From: Haplodiscus bocki
Lineage: Eukaryota
DNA: 64,000 nucleotides
NCBI GenBank assembly: GCA_965655095.1
Contig: OZ296657.1
Location: 81,902,001 to 81,966,000 of the forward strand
Reading direction: 5' to 3'
Below, in pieces: positions 12,797-24,699 of this stretch. Both the position numbers and the translations under genes were made by a program. How positions within the stretch are numbered: position 1 is the stretch's first letter; every line of letters begins with the position of its first letter. The notes under the pieces were generated by a model. The model saw nothing but the letters and a program-made list of their open reading frames with translations. It made no database searches and was not told the origin of the DNA.

Positions 12797-15700
12797 TTAT
12801 TTACTTTTAATAATAAATTCGTCTAACCCAAATCGCAAAGGCGGTCTCCTAACTCTACTTTCTCGGCCTGTCGGGACATCCCAATCTCGTTGCGATTCAT
12901 TTTGTGAATCATGGTCAGTGTCTAAAGGTCTTTCGGGTGCATCGTTACGCACGGTACTGCTTTCATTCTCGCTATTTCCTGAGTCATCGCCGGGTATTGC
13001 TTCGTATGCGGTCAATTGCGGCGAAGCCGAGCTTTTAATATTCTCACCGTGTGCTGTGTTTTCGGTTTCTGACTCGGAGTCTTGCTGTACGATCTCTGGT
13101 ATCGGTTTGAACGTTACTTCAGGCCTATTTCTCGCGGCTTGCGACTCTGCCGTCGTCGATTCAATCACATGGAACGGGCGGTCTACAATTTCCTCCTCAG
13201 TTTCTATATCGTTCGGAATCTCTTCGTAAATCGGAGGAGGTTGGTGTTTAAGTCTACCGAAGTGTCGTACTTCGGTATCTCCTCGATACGGTTTCAAGTG
13301 GTTAAAATGTACTTTCTGCCACTTTTCTTTAATTCCTCGCTTACAAATCATATAAGTGACCTCACTCGTTCAACTAAGAACCTCGAAAGGACGGAGCCAA
13401 GGCAAATAAAACTTTCTGGACTTCGCTTTGTGAGGTTGGAACAACCAAACAAAGTCTCTTTCTTTAAACGGTTCGCCATGTGCTTTTCTATTAAAAAATC
13501 CTCTCTGTCGCCTTTGTTCGCTTCCCATAGTCATTTGGCTTCTCTATGGATTTCAAATAAGCGTTCGTTTAACTCTTCTGCTTTCTCGCCTATTTTCAAT
13601 CTCGGGTCTCCCGGGTTTTCGGGACAAACAAATCTTTGGGGTATTGCGCTTCCCTCCTGAAAATCAAGGAGTACGGCGTCGCTCCGATAGTTCGGTGAAC
13701 GTTGGTGTTATACACAAAAGTAATATAAGGCAAATACACTTCCCACTCCTGTGGTTTTTCAGCACAATTTTTTGACAGCGTATCAGCAATGACTCGGTTA
13801 AATCTCTCGACCTGCCCATTTCCTTGGGGATGATATGGCGTAGTTCTCGTTTTCTCAACCATAAAATTTCGGCAAATGTCCTGCATTATTTCACTGTTAA
13901 AATTCGAACCTTGATCAGTATGAATCACGTCCGGCGCTCAAAATTTCATGATCCTCTAATCTATTACGGCGCTCGCCACCGTCGCAGCCGTTATGTCTTG
14001 TAAAGCTACCGTTACGACGTACTTCGTAAATCACTCATAACTAAGATATATCTGGCCCTAGACTTCTTGGCTAAAGTTACGGGTCCCAAAACGTCTGCCG
14101 CCATCGTTCTAAACGCTCCGTGAACAGAAAAACTTGCAGTTCCGCTTTGCGTTGACTTCCTGCGGTAGATCTAGCCGCAGAACGATCACAATTAGCAAAA
14201 TGTCTTTCTACGCTCGTTTTAAGCGATGGCCACCAAAATCTCTGTTTTATCTTTGCTAGGGTTTTCTCAACGCCAAATTTTCCACCACTCATTGGAGAAT
14301 CATGCAATTGATACAAAATCTTATTTCTCATTTCTTTACGAATAATCGCTTGCCAGCATTCCTTTACTCGGTTACTAGGCTTCCATTTTCTATACAAAAC
14401 TCCGTTAGATGTCGCGAGATCTTCACAATTACTCCAGAGTTCTAATGCTTCGAGATTTCCCCAAGATTGAACTTCTTCCTTGGAGATTGGGTTCTTTCCG
14501 AAAGTACAATGCGAATCTTCTAACTTTACACCGTATCTTTCCAGTGCACAAATAATGACCTTAATTGCCTGGTCGGCCCGCTGCCTTTCGGGAGTTCACT
14601 GTCGGACCTAGTCCACGAAATTCGTTCTTATACACCTTTAATCATTAACATCTCCTCGGGAATTACGACTGCACAATGAATCCGTTCGCTCGAGATGTTT
14701 TCACGAGAATTCGATGGGATTGGATAAAAATCTTCCTCAATTTCGGGAGTATATACAGTTAAAGTACAGTAAATATCTTGAAAAATCGACTCGAGACAAA
14801 TTGCAACGTTCGTCCACTCTAATCAGTCATCTACAACACAAATTCTAGGCATTGCGAAACACGACATGCCTTTCAACGCCGCATGTGCTCTCATCTCTCT
14901 CAAACACGATTTCAAATCATCATATTTTGCAACGTCGGTATACTTTTCTTTACTCATCAACAAGTAGATATATCTCGAGTGCTCGCTGTCCCAATACACT
15001 AACATTCCTCCAACACGATTCACAGAATCTTCCGTTGGCCTTAAAAGCGAATATCTAAGAACAAATACCGTCATTGGCGATGATTTAAATCGCATGTCGC
15101 CGGAGACGCAAAAAACAAACGAATTAGACGATTCCATAAAAATTCCCAATGCATATTTCACTACTTCTCTCGGAGGATGGGGGATATGCGTTCTAGCGTG
15201 CGCTATTACATGGTCCGTTTCCTTTTTTGAGGAACTACCGTTATTTAAATTTTCTTGAGCACCACCGAGCGCTTTTTCCATCATTTGAATCTCCGGGATT
15301 TGACCGCGCAATTCATCTTCTTCGCCTTCTTTCCATTCTGGCTTCTCATTGGGCCTTCTACTAAGTCCTAAAGCGATACAATGTTCTTCTCCCGGCCTAT
15401 GTACTATTCGGTATATATACTCTTGCATCTTCTGAATCATTCGGAACGTCATTCCGTCGGCGTTTTGTCTAAATAGCCACTGAAGGCTCGCGTGATCGTT
15501 CCTGAATATACATTGCGACCCATAAATGTAAGGACGGAACCATTGCATCGCTTGTACATTGCCTAGCGCTTCGCGTTTCGTTTTGAAGTAATTCACTTCC
15601 GTTTTGCTCAAAACTCTCCGCTCAAAAGCTATCGGACGTTCTTCTCCATCAAATATTTGCGACAAAACTGCACCGAGTGCCGTTTCGCTTGCGTCTGTAT

Positions 15701-17450
15701 CAATCACAAAGGGGTGGCGGAAACTTGGGAACGCTCAAATTGGGGCCTGCAACAATCTAGTTTTAAAAACTGGAACGCATCTTCATCTTCTTTTTCCCAC
15801 GTAAACTTTACTTCTTTACTAGTCAGTCGGTACAATGGTTGGGCGACTTCTGCAAAATTTTTCACAAACTGTCGATAATAATTACAAAACGCCGTCAATG
15901 ATCTCACTTGGGTCACCGTCTGCGGACGTTCCCAGTCTCTGACTGCTTCTGATTTCTTGTGATCTGGTCTAATTCCCGATCTGGTCTTTATCTATTACAT
16001 GGCCCAGATAATTCATTTGAGTTTGAAACAAATCGCATTTCTTGGTCTTCAGTTTCAATCCGGCCGCACGCAATTTTAGAAAAACTTTCTCTAAGTGCTC
16101 TAAGTGTTCCGCTGGCGTCTCACTATAAACCAACAAATCGTCAAGGAAAATTGAAACATGTTCAAAGAGGTCTTCTTTGAAAATTTTGTTGATGAGTCGC
16201 TGGAAAGTTGCCGGCGCCTTCGTCAATCCGAACGGCGTTTTCACAAATTCATAAAGAACACCCTCCGGGGTACAAAAAGCAGTTCTATGTCGGTGTTTTT
16301 CTGCTACTGGCACTTGCCAATAACCACTGGCTAAATCAAGCGACGAAAAATATCCTGCGTCTTGCAATGCGTCTATCGTTTGTCCGATTCGAGGAAGAGG
16401 ATCCGCGTCCTTCGTCGTTATCTCGTTCAACTTGTGATAATCTATACACATTCTCTTCGTTCCGTCTTTCTTGGGGACCATAACAATCGGACTAATATAC
16501 GGACTTTTACTAGGGAAAATGACTTCTTTGTCTAAAATTTCCTTGATTTCTTCTTGAACCGCAGGCAATTTATATGGGGCAAGATTGTCGGGAGCAATTT
16601 CTAAAAAGCGGATTGTCGTTTGTATCTATAAAATGTTCCGTCCCGATCGCAGTTCCGAGTGGATCTCTTGCCAACGCATGAACGTCGCGGTAAATACCAA
16701 TCAAGCTGCTCAATTTTTCTTTTATCTGACTATCTCGTAAGTCCGAGGCGGCTAATTCAACCATTTCGTTCACATATTCGTCATTTTTCTCTAATACTTC
16801 GTAAGAGACAACTGGTTCTTCAATTTTGTTTTCGGTTTGGAGGATGCAAGCAATCTCGTCGGTCGGCGGTCCTGAAGGTCTCCTACGTATAAGAAGACTG
16901 TCGTTTCGTCTTGATCTTTTTTTCTATTTATAAGAGTTTCAGTTTCAATGTCCACTTGACACTTGTTATCGCACAGGATTTTTAATCCAATCAACAAACG
17001 TGGGTACAACTCATCTACTACAATAAACTCATCCGTACTTTTAAGTTTTCCAAACGTAACTTCAGCTGACATCTTTCCGTCTATGGGCATCACGTTGCCT
17101 ATCCGGCCTAACAAACGGTGCGGGTGCGGGTTTACGGGTTTTCTGAAGAAGGACGCCATGTTGCGGCTAATTAAAGTGATACTCGCTCCAGTGTCAACTA
17201 TGGCCCAACAAGGTAGGTCCTCAACTTCATATTTTACCCATATTCCGGGACTTCGTCTAAAATTTCCTGTTGCTACAACACTCGGTTCATCTGTGTTTTT
17301 CGTTTCAAATACAACGGGTTCGTTTCTTTGTAGGATCCTGAGAGATCCAGGTTCGGCGTTACTGGTTTGCGTTTCAAAGTTGGGTGGGAGTGTTTCGTGC
17401 GAGGCGATTGACATGGCGTTCATTTTTAGGGAAAACGCCACCTGGGCCAA
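12797..17450 (-). pseudogene. pol: Pol polyprotein of element 1 (PR-RT-RH-Macro-IN), fragmented
   Basis: Protease AIVDTGAS; RT RMCIDYHKLN, LDLASGYWQV, FLDDLLV; RNase H DTDASETALGAVLSQ; integrase Zn finger LHDSPMSGG...WWPSL...C; core IHTDQGSNF, TTPYHPQGNGQVERFNR. Confidence 0.95.
14745..15170 (-). other. TARG1/OARD1-like macrodomain between RNase H and integrase in element 1
   Basis: SFVFCVSGDM...RYIYLLMSK...YDDLKSCLREMRAH...FAMPRICVVDD*LEWTNVAICLESIF...LTVYT follows the TARG1 pattern (SLAHCISxD...RYIYYLITK...MPRIGCGLDRLxWxxV...ITVY). Confidence 0.85.
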
Positions 17451-17648
17451 AATCTTCGTTCATTTGGTTCCAAGTGGTCTTATCAACGTACCTCGACCGC
17501 GGATTCTGACCGTATCAATTCTCTGAGCTCCGCGACCTATCTCTGTTTGTAACGTGCACTCGATCGCTAAACTGACTAATGTTTTGGGGCGGGTTTTCAT
17601 TTAGTGTGGCAGTTGAGGAAATAAAAATTTCAGGAGCGGAGGTACCTG

Positions 17649-19076
17649 CTACTGTAGCTCCGGCTGAACCCAGTCTAAATTATCGCTTTTGTCCGTTCGT
17701 TTGGGACAGTCGCGCGCAAAATGCCCTAATTCTTTACATTCATAACAATGAGCTCTCGAAGGAGGTGGATTATTTGAACTCACGTGACCGAACGTCTTGT
17801 TTGGAGCGAAACGTGTGTTTGTGTTCTGTGGCGGCTGTTGTTGCGGTTGTGTCTGTGGTAACTGCCCAGAACTGCTGCTGCGAGGATCACCAGCAACTCC
17901 CACCGATACTGGCTGCAAGTCGTTTGTCGATGTGGCCATCACTGCTGTCGTCACTGCTGGCATCTGCGTCATCACTGCTGTCAGCTGTATCAGGTTGTCA
18001 TTCATGCTCTTCATCAGTTGCTGGGTAGCGTCTCCCTGTCTCGCTACCGTTGCGTCAAGCTTCTCTAGTCGATTCGCCACTGTGCCCATTGACGTCTGCA
18101 AGGCTCCAAGTTTCTCCTCCACCGGACCGTGCGAATTCGGAGAACTGGCCCTGACCACATTCTCCTGCTCCCAGTCGTCATAAGAAAATCGCACTCTGTC
18201 TGCTCGTGTCGTCTTGTCTCGCCTTTGGTCTACATCTCTTGCATTTCTCTGGATCAATTCCAGTTTATGTGCACGCTGCAAAACTTCACAAAAGTTACGA
18301 TTTGTTTCATCTTCATACAATTTTTGCCGGAGCCTCGAGTCAAAAAGCCCTTCTAAAAACTGATCACGCAGATCTTTGTCTTTCTCTTCTAACGTTTTTT
18401 CGCAGAGTCCTAACTCACCTAGGTAACAGACGCCTCTGAAAGACTCTTTTAAGGACTCGTTTTTGTTCTGTCTAACTGATTTAAACTCGCTACGGGTCGC
18501 CGTAGGACTCCTATACTGTTGCATTTTTGGTTTAAGAACCTCTAACAAAGTTTCGAAAATTGGGGCTTTTTCCCCTGGTACTTTCTCGATATACTTGCGT
18601 GTAACGGTCTCGAACTCTTCCACAGCCCAGGACGTTAAACAAGCTGTTAGTGCTGCGATAGCTTGCTGATCTGTCCACCCGTTCGTCTTTGCCACAGATT
18701 TGTAATGCTGCACCCATAACTCCCATCTGTTGAAATCTTTCCCAGGGAATTTCTCTGGCTTGATAGGAGACTTCTCGTAAACTGCTTTAGTTTTCCGCTG
18801 CCGCACGCCCAGGTATTCTGCAAAGATAGATTCTTTACTGTCGGAGCCACCTGTCGTACCCAAGTCCCGAAGTCTGAACTGCAAATCTTTCATCTGCAAT
18901 CTTAAGTCATGAGCTGCTCTTCTTCTGTCTACTTTCTCTCCCCTCATGGAAGAAAAGCCAAACCCGAACTTACTCGATCCTGCCCTGGCATCCTCTTTGG
19001 AAACGTCTCCGGTGTTCCCATTGACACCGGGGGATTCCACTTGGTTGAAAGTCTCTGTTTCGTTGTCGGACGCCAT
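17649..19076 (-). CDS. gag: Gag of element 1 (475-aa open frame)
   Basis: Retrotransposon gag pattern (PEKFPG...WELWVQHY...NGW; LRDQFLEGL) and CCHC knuckle CYECKELGHFARDC. Confidence 0.92.
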   Translation of the reverse strand: MASDNETETFNQVESPGVNGNTGDVSKEDARAGSSKFGFGFSSMRGEKVDRRRAAHDLRLQMKDLQFRLRDLGTTGGSDSKESIFAEYLGVRQRKTKAVYEKSPIKPEKFPGKDFNRWELWVQHYKSVAKTNGWTDQQAIAALTACLTSWAVEEFETVTRKYIEKVPGEKAPIFETLLEVLKPKMQQYRSPTATRSEFKSVRQNKNESLKESFRGVCYLGELGLCEKTLEEKDKDLRDQFLEGLFDSRLRQKLYEDETNRNFCEVLQRAHKLELIQRNARDVDQRRDKTTRADRVRFSYDDWEQENVVRASSPNSHGPVEEKLGALQTSMGTVANRLEKLDATVARQGDATQQLMKSMNDNLIQLTAVMTQMPAVTTAVMATSTNDLQPVSVGVAGDPRSSSSGQLPQTQPQQQPPQNTNTRFAPNKTFGHVSSNNPPPSRAHCYECKELGHFARDCPKRTDKSDNLDWVQPELQ

Positions 19077-20253
19077 AATAATAGTGAACGGATAAGGGAA
19101 GTTTCTTAATAAAGATATTGAATAAATTAAGAGTCAATAGCCCACGAAGGAGAGCCACTGTGGAAATTTTGGGAATGTAACTTCCAACTCGATTACACCG
19201 TGGTACCACTGTCCACAAGACGGGGGACGGGCCGAGATCCACAAAATATTTATAACTCCAAAATTAATCAACTTGAGATTCAACTTCGGAGGCGGTGGGG
19301 TTCATCTGCAAAGTATATGCCTAACTCTGTAATTTCTACCGTTCAACTGAGAGGGGTGTCTCGTAGCTCTTGACTGTTTTAGGAAATCGAAGAATCGTTT
19401 TGCTTGCTGAAGACTTGAATTTACTTAGTCAATCCTCACAAACAAATTTTCTGAGATAATAAATACAATAATAACAGAATAATAATTGTTGATAGAATGA
19501 TAACAAGGGATAATACCACTGATTCGCTTTCGCACATCAATTTACTATCGATTAAAGACTTCAATAAAACGTTCCAATCAATTAATAGCATCGAATAACT
19601 TGGAGGCAATTTAATACTACAACCTTCCGTTGATAGTCAGTAAATCTCTCACTTATGCCGGAATTGGATCGAACACGAAAACCACAACTCAACAATTATT
19701 AAACGAAGAAATTCAAGTCTCACTAGGCTTTCGAGCGAAGAACTAATCGATTTCAACAGTCCCGGACTGTTCAACAATACTTCTCAAAATTACGATTTCC
19801 CAACTTCAGTCCTCGACTAAGTTGAAGGAAACAACAAACAAATTGAGCAGAGTAGCAACTGCACGGCAATTCAACTCATTTTCTTTTGGCAGCATATAGA
19901 GACGTTATTTTCGCTTATGGTACTCTTGGTTTCGTATTTTTACGTTGGGGCTATTTTCGGCCTTCTTATTATTCATCCGGTTAACAGTGTCCCAATAGTT
20001 TGAAAAATGACTTATCAACTTTCGTTGGTTATTTCGTTTATCTCACTTTGGTACAATATTCATCAGCTTTAGTACTACTCGGTGTTTATTTTCTTTGCTT
20101 ACATCAGGTAAGATTAATTGACTTTGGTCGTATCCACTGGCAAAACGGGGGTGGTAAAGGTGAGTAAGAAAGAACCTCTTCGGTTCCATTCGTCTATGTC
20201 ACCATTTTGATTGACAACCTCTTTCTTCGGTTGATGTGTCAGCTATTCTATTC

Positions 20254-20267
20254 GTCGCGCGTGACCA
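20254..20267 (-). promoter_or_regulatory. Putative primer-binding site of element 1 (second copy at 7901-7914)
   Basis: Minus strand TGGTCACGCGCGAC directly after ...GTACT, 1.2 kb upstream of gag; cognate tRNA not identified. Confidence 0.45.
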
Positions 20268-21962
20268 AGTACGTCCAAAATAGGTGACTAAATTATCTTC
20301 CCTAACCCTTCCCATCATATTATCCATGCAAAAACAAATGACCAAAGAAAGGCGTAACTTTTGTCCAAAATTCAATATTCAATTGCGTCTAGCATAAACG
20401 TCAACAAAAAACAAGTGAGCACATCGTTACACGTGGTTTTTAATGCGGTTTTTGGCAATGTATACTTTGTGATAGTTATTTTTATTATTCATGGTCAAAA
20501 AATGCGATTTTCTGAAATTAGTCAAAATTCCATATCTGAAAAATCGATTTTTGGCCACTTTGAGGTCATTTTGCTCTACGTAAAAGTTTTTCCCAGGGCG
20601 GGGGTTTTTTCCCCTGTAGTACATTTGAAGCGGAGTCTTTTAACGAAAAGATGAGCTCTGTAGCTGGTCTCAAAAAAAAGTTATTCAATTTTCCGCAAAA
20701 GTACCGGTTTTGGCCATTTTGGCCTGCCTGGGTCCATCTTCAAAGTCGATTTTCTCAACGTACAGGCAAAATTTCAAAAAATCCTCGGTTGTTTTCCTGG
20801 AAATGCTTGTTAGGAACATTGTGTTAAATTTTGAGTTTTCTATCTTCAAAAACGTGCGAGGGGGTAGCCGTTTTGCAAGTCGACATTTTCCGAGTTCCGT
20901 GATTTTAGCTAGTTGCAATTTTGTGGGGCGACCATTTATAGCTTGCTATGCTTGTTCTATTAAAATTTTCCATTTTTCCTAATAATACGTTTTTGTTTGT
21001 TAGTAATATGGTTGTTTTCTATTGGCTATTCGTTAACTAATAAGCGAAAAACTGCGAATTTTGACGATTTTAGGCTACTTTGGGCATTTTTTGGCAATTT
21101 CTTCCTAAATTTTCCGGAGTGACTAAATATAATAAATTCATCTTTTCAGGGACATTAGTCCATTCAATTATCTTCCGTTTGAGATTAATACGAGCCTTTT
21201 TTGATGCGTGGTTTGGTCAGAAGAAATTTTTAACTGAACTCACTTTGGCAATTTCTGGAGTGCACTTTTCGTTTCCAACAATTTTTCAATATCTTAAAAT
21301 CGTCCGATTTTGCTCATATTCCAAACTTAAGCTTTGCAATGAATGTAATATACAATGGTGAAAACCGTTTGTCGATATCTTTTTTCGTCTTTGAGAAAAA
21401 AGCAAGCAAACATTGGGGAACCTTAAAAAAACAGGTCTAATTTTTAGCAGCGAGAGCGTAAATAAGCTAATACGTGGGGTGGTGGCGGCCGTGCGCGTGG
21501 TCAAAATTCACTCCAAAAGCACTCCTATTGTATTCCTTTTGTACTCATAAAACTTTCTTTCCACTCCACTTTCACTTTTATACGCTTCTAACATTGCAAC
21601 TGAACTGTGAATTCGCGGTTTGACCATTTTCCGGACCGTAATAATTTTCGTCTTAATTTTTCGACAACTTTTAATTTTCAAAATGCGGTGAAAATCACCC
21701 AACTTGCTCGTCTTGGAATGTAGTTTTGACTGGTGAAAACCGTTTTGCTCTATCTATAACAGTCTTCGAGAAAATGGACGTCAAAGTTAGGGTTCGAATT
21801 AGACCAACTTTTAAATTTTTTGCTGCTGTTGCTTTGCTATTTTAACACACGTGACAAGGTCGTTCCAAAATAACTAATACTTGCTTCGCGGCTTGTTCAC
21901 ATTCCAACGTAGTGCTTATTCAGTTCAATATTCACTTTTCACGTATAAATCTCGCTGCTAAA
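20268..21962 (-). repeat. 5' LTR of element 1, missing its first ~245 bp
   Basis: Matches 7915-9609 but lacks the equivalent of 9610-9855; abuts LINE-derived sequence. Confidence 0.6.
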
Positions 21963-22049
21963 CTTTTACGTCATCAGCATAGAAGAAAACCTCCGATCTT
22001 AAGCATCCTTCCTTTTAGTTAAACATATGAACAAAACTGTTGGTCCAAC

Positions 22050-24620
22050 GATCATCCTTGCGGCACTCGATTCGTCAGGACTGCGCAAGAGAAGAAACTC
22101 ACTTGCACTGCAACCCCCTGTTTTTTATTGCTTAAAAGAGAGGAAACCCAATCAATTGTTTTGTTTCATCTAGATTATCTAGATTTAGTTTGTGAGACCT
22201 GTTTTTTTGGAACACAAACGAGGAATTGCTGAAATCAAACTTTAAAACGTCTACTTCGTTGACTTAGTCCATTTATGACGTCCAGATATCCAGTGTTATC
22301 TATTTTCATCTTGCCAAAACCGTATCTTTGTGGAATGGCCTGGTATAAATCAGAACCGTTTTTCTGATATAATCTTATTTCGATTTACGAGCTCAATTAA
22401 GTGCCTCCTATTGTTTTTCTTCAGTAGTCTTCGACAAGTTGAGGTCAATTTCACAGGTCTGTTGTTGTTCAGGGTGTTTTCTTTTGTTTATCAACGTAAA
22501 ATTAGCACACATCCAATTAAAAGGTTTTCGACCGTTTTTCCACGATTAACAAAAATTTGGCCCAGAGCTGAGAATTTATAATCCATTGGTTGGTACTAAA
22601 ACTACGAGCTTAGGTTATTTAGCCACATTGACGTTGTAACACGCAGTTACATGCAGTCTATCGAGTCAACCAGGAATATGTGTTTATGCTTTTTAATGAC
22701 TTTTTTGGAGAGACTGAGTTAAAGGTTTCTTCAGGAGCCTACTTTTTCTTCAAATGTGTTGCGCATGTTCAGTTGCTCAAACCCAGCGTACATTATTCAG
22801 AGTCCCCGTAGTTTCCTGTTAACGTGGTTTCGAAGACTTTTGGTTTCGAGTTTTCGGTAACGCATCGTTTGTTATTCGTGTCATAAAGTGCGTTTTCTTG
22901 ATATCTTCCTCACTTCGTTTCAAACTTGAGAAAAAAAAGTTTTTATGGCTTGTTGTTTCTGCTGAAGTTTATAGGCTTCTTTTTTTTAAAAAAATGGGAG
23001 AGTTGTTTCATTGCCCATTGGTACTTCACTGTGTTGTGCTGGCGAATTTTTGTTCGGACAAACTTTTCTGTCCCTCGTAGCAATCGGCTTCTGAAATTGT
23101 TCCAGTTTTCTGTGTTGCCATGGCCCTATCAGAGCGAACTTTTCTTTTAGCGCAAATTTTTGAGTAATTTTCTGTGCTGTAAGTATATCGAACTTTTGTT
23201 CAAACTTCAAATCTTACGTTGAAAATCGCTTGAAGTAGGGCTTGATGGCCCTTTTTCAGAGAAAAAATGCATTGATTTATGGAATCTTTCTCAAGTTTGT
23301 CCGATAATCGCATGTCCTAAATTGAAGATTCACACTGTTTTTCGAAACTCGTTGGTGGATCAGTTTCATGCCGAAAGTATGAGTCTTTATATGCCTCATG
23401 AAGCTGCTGTTCTTCACTGCTCCCGTTGTTGATCATTTTGCTAAGCTTCCAATCTATGTAGCAAATTGTCAAGTTCCCAAATCCACTGCTTTCCATTTGG
23501 TTATATTCAATTTTTTTGAGGATTTTGGGCGGTGTTCAGTGATTTTCGGTAGTCGAAGTTGGTTTGCGTAAAACAGAACCTCCCGAAATCTTGTTCTTTT
23601 TTCACTTTTTTCAAAATAACAGCTTCCTGTGACTTCCTCAGAATCATTTTTCTTTTACGTTTGTGTACGACTATTTGTTTAAATTTTTCAATAGGGTACA
23701 TAATTTTATCTTCCTTGACAAAAAAGCAAATTTTGCAAGGTCCAACTTAGTGTGATGACCTCTTTCGTCTCCTTGGTTAAGCCTGTTTAAATGATTTTAC
23801 GTGCGCAATGGCGTTTTCCTAATTCAGTTGTGGTTCCATTCCCAGCAATTTTCCATTTTTAAAGTCCTAACGTTTTCAAAACAGAATGTTAATTTTTTGT
23901 TACTTTGCTTCTAGCACTTTCTTCATTATACTGCCTTATCAGTCACTTTTTGCAATGTAAAGGAAGGTTCCGGTTTTTATTTTGTGAATTATGTTGCCAT
24001 TAGCACTGGAGCCGAGCATATTCAAGTCGTTTTGGGCTCCTAACAGGCGTGGTTCTCAATCACCAAAGATCCTCGAGGTTGATTGTCAGTTTTGCGACCG
24101 GTTTGGTTATGTGGTGTGCATCTTTTAATTTTTGAATTGTGATCAGTCTTAGTTTGGTTTTTGTCATGCTTCAGGAATTTTTCACAGCCGGTGGAGATGC
24201 CAGTTTTTTTTGTGTGTCAACCTAAACGATTCCCTTTGTTTGGTTTTTCAGGTTCATGTCCTCATTGAAACAATCTTCGACACTTTTGCATAGCTTTCTT
24301 GAGGTTTATCCCTACGCTTTTTTGTGCTGTATCACGTCCCATTGTTTTCTTTCTTGTTGCGCTCGGTGTTAGAAAAACCATCCTGCAAGAGTAATGCGAA
24401 GTTTAGTTGAAGTTGCCATGCATCTTCTTCCACACAGCCGCCACTCAGATACTGCATGGTCCTTGATCTTCTTTCTGTTCATGAAAAAGTAGAAGTCGTC
24501 CATTAGCGTCCTCGCAGAGTTGATGATTGTGGCCAAGATAGTTTTAATTTTCAACCCCGGATTTTCAATAGTTTTTCCCCTGCTTACTAATAGCATCATT
24601 TGACATTTTTCAGGTGAGGG
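22050..24620 (-). mobile_element. Heavily decayed CR1/L2-type LINE (ORF1 end, APE, start of RT)
   Basis: Manual translation: NNRPVKLTSTCRRLL...NKIISEKRF*FIPGHST and VDVLKFDFS (RT), and HLNRLNQG...KLDL near 23750-23800 (APE-like). Boundaries approximate. Confidence 0.65.
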
Positions 24621-24699
24621 GAGGTCAGGTGCTCTTGTTGCAGGTGCCTCGTCGAACAACTCTTACGTGTTCGCTTATGCTTATATCCATCGGTGACTC

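Larger units (their letters stand above)
7915..21962 (-). mobile_element. Ty3/Gypsy LTR retroelement 1 (gag-pol-env), decayed, with a macrodomain in pol
   Basis: Minus-strand order: partial LTR, PBS, leader, gag, PR, RT, RNase H, macrodomain, integrase, env, PPT, LTR. RT-RH-IN order is Gypsy type. Confidence 0.93.
19158..21962. repeat. ~2.8-kb direct repeat, copy B
   Basis: Matches 6803-9609; homology ends abruptly after GCTGCTAAA at 21962. Confidence 0.97.

Noticed and set aside
12729-19109. Plus-strand ORFs such as 12729-13229, 13082-13660 and 16963-17526
   Set aside because: Antisense shadows of gag and pol with no independent motifs.
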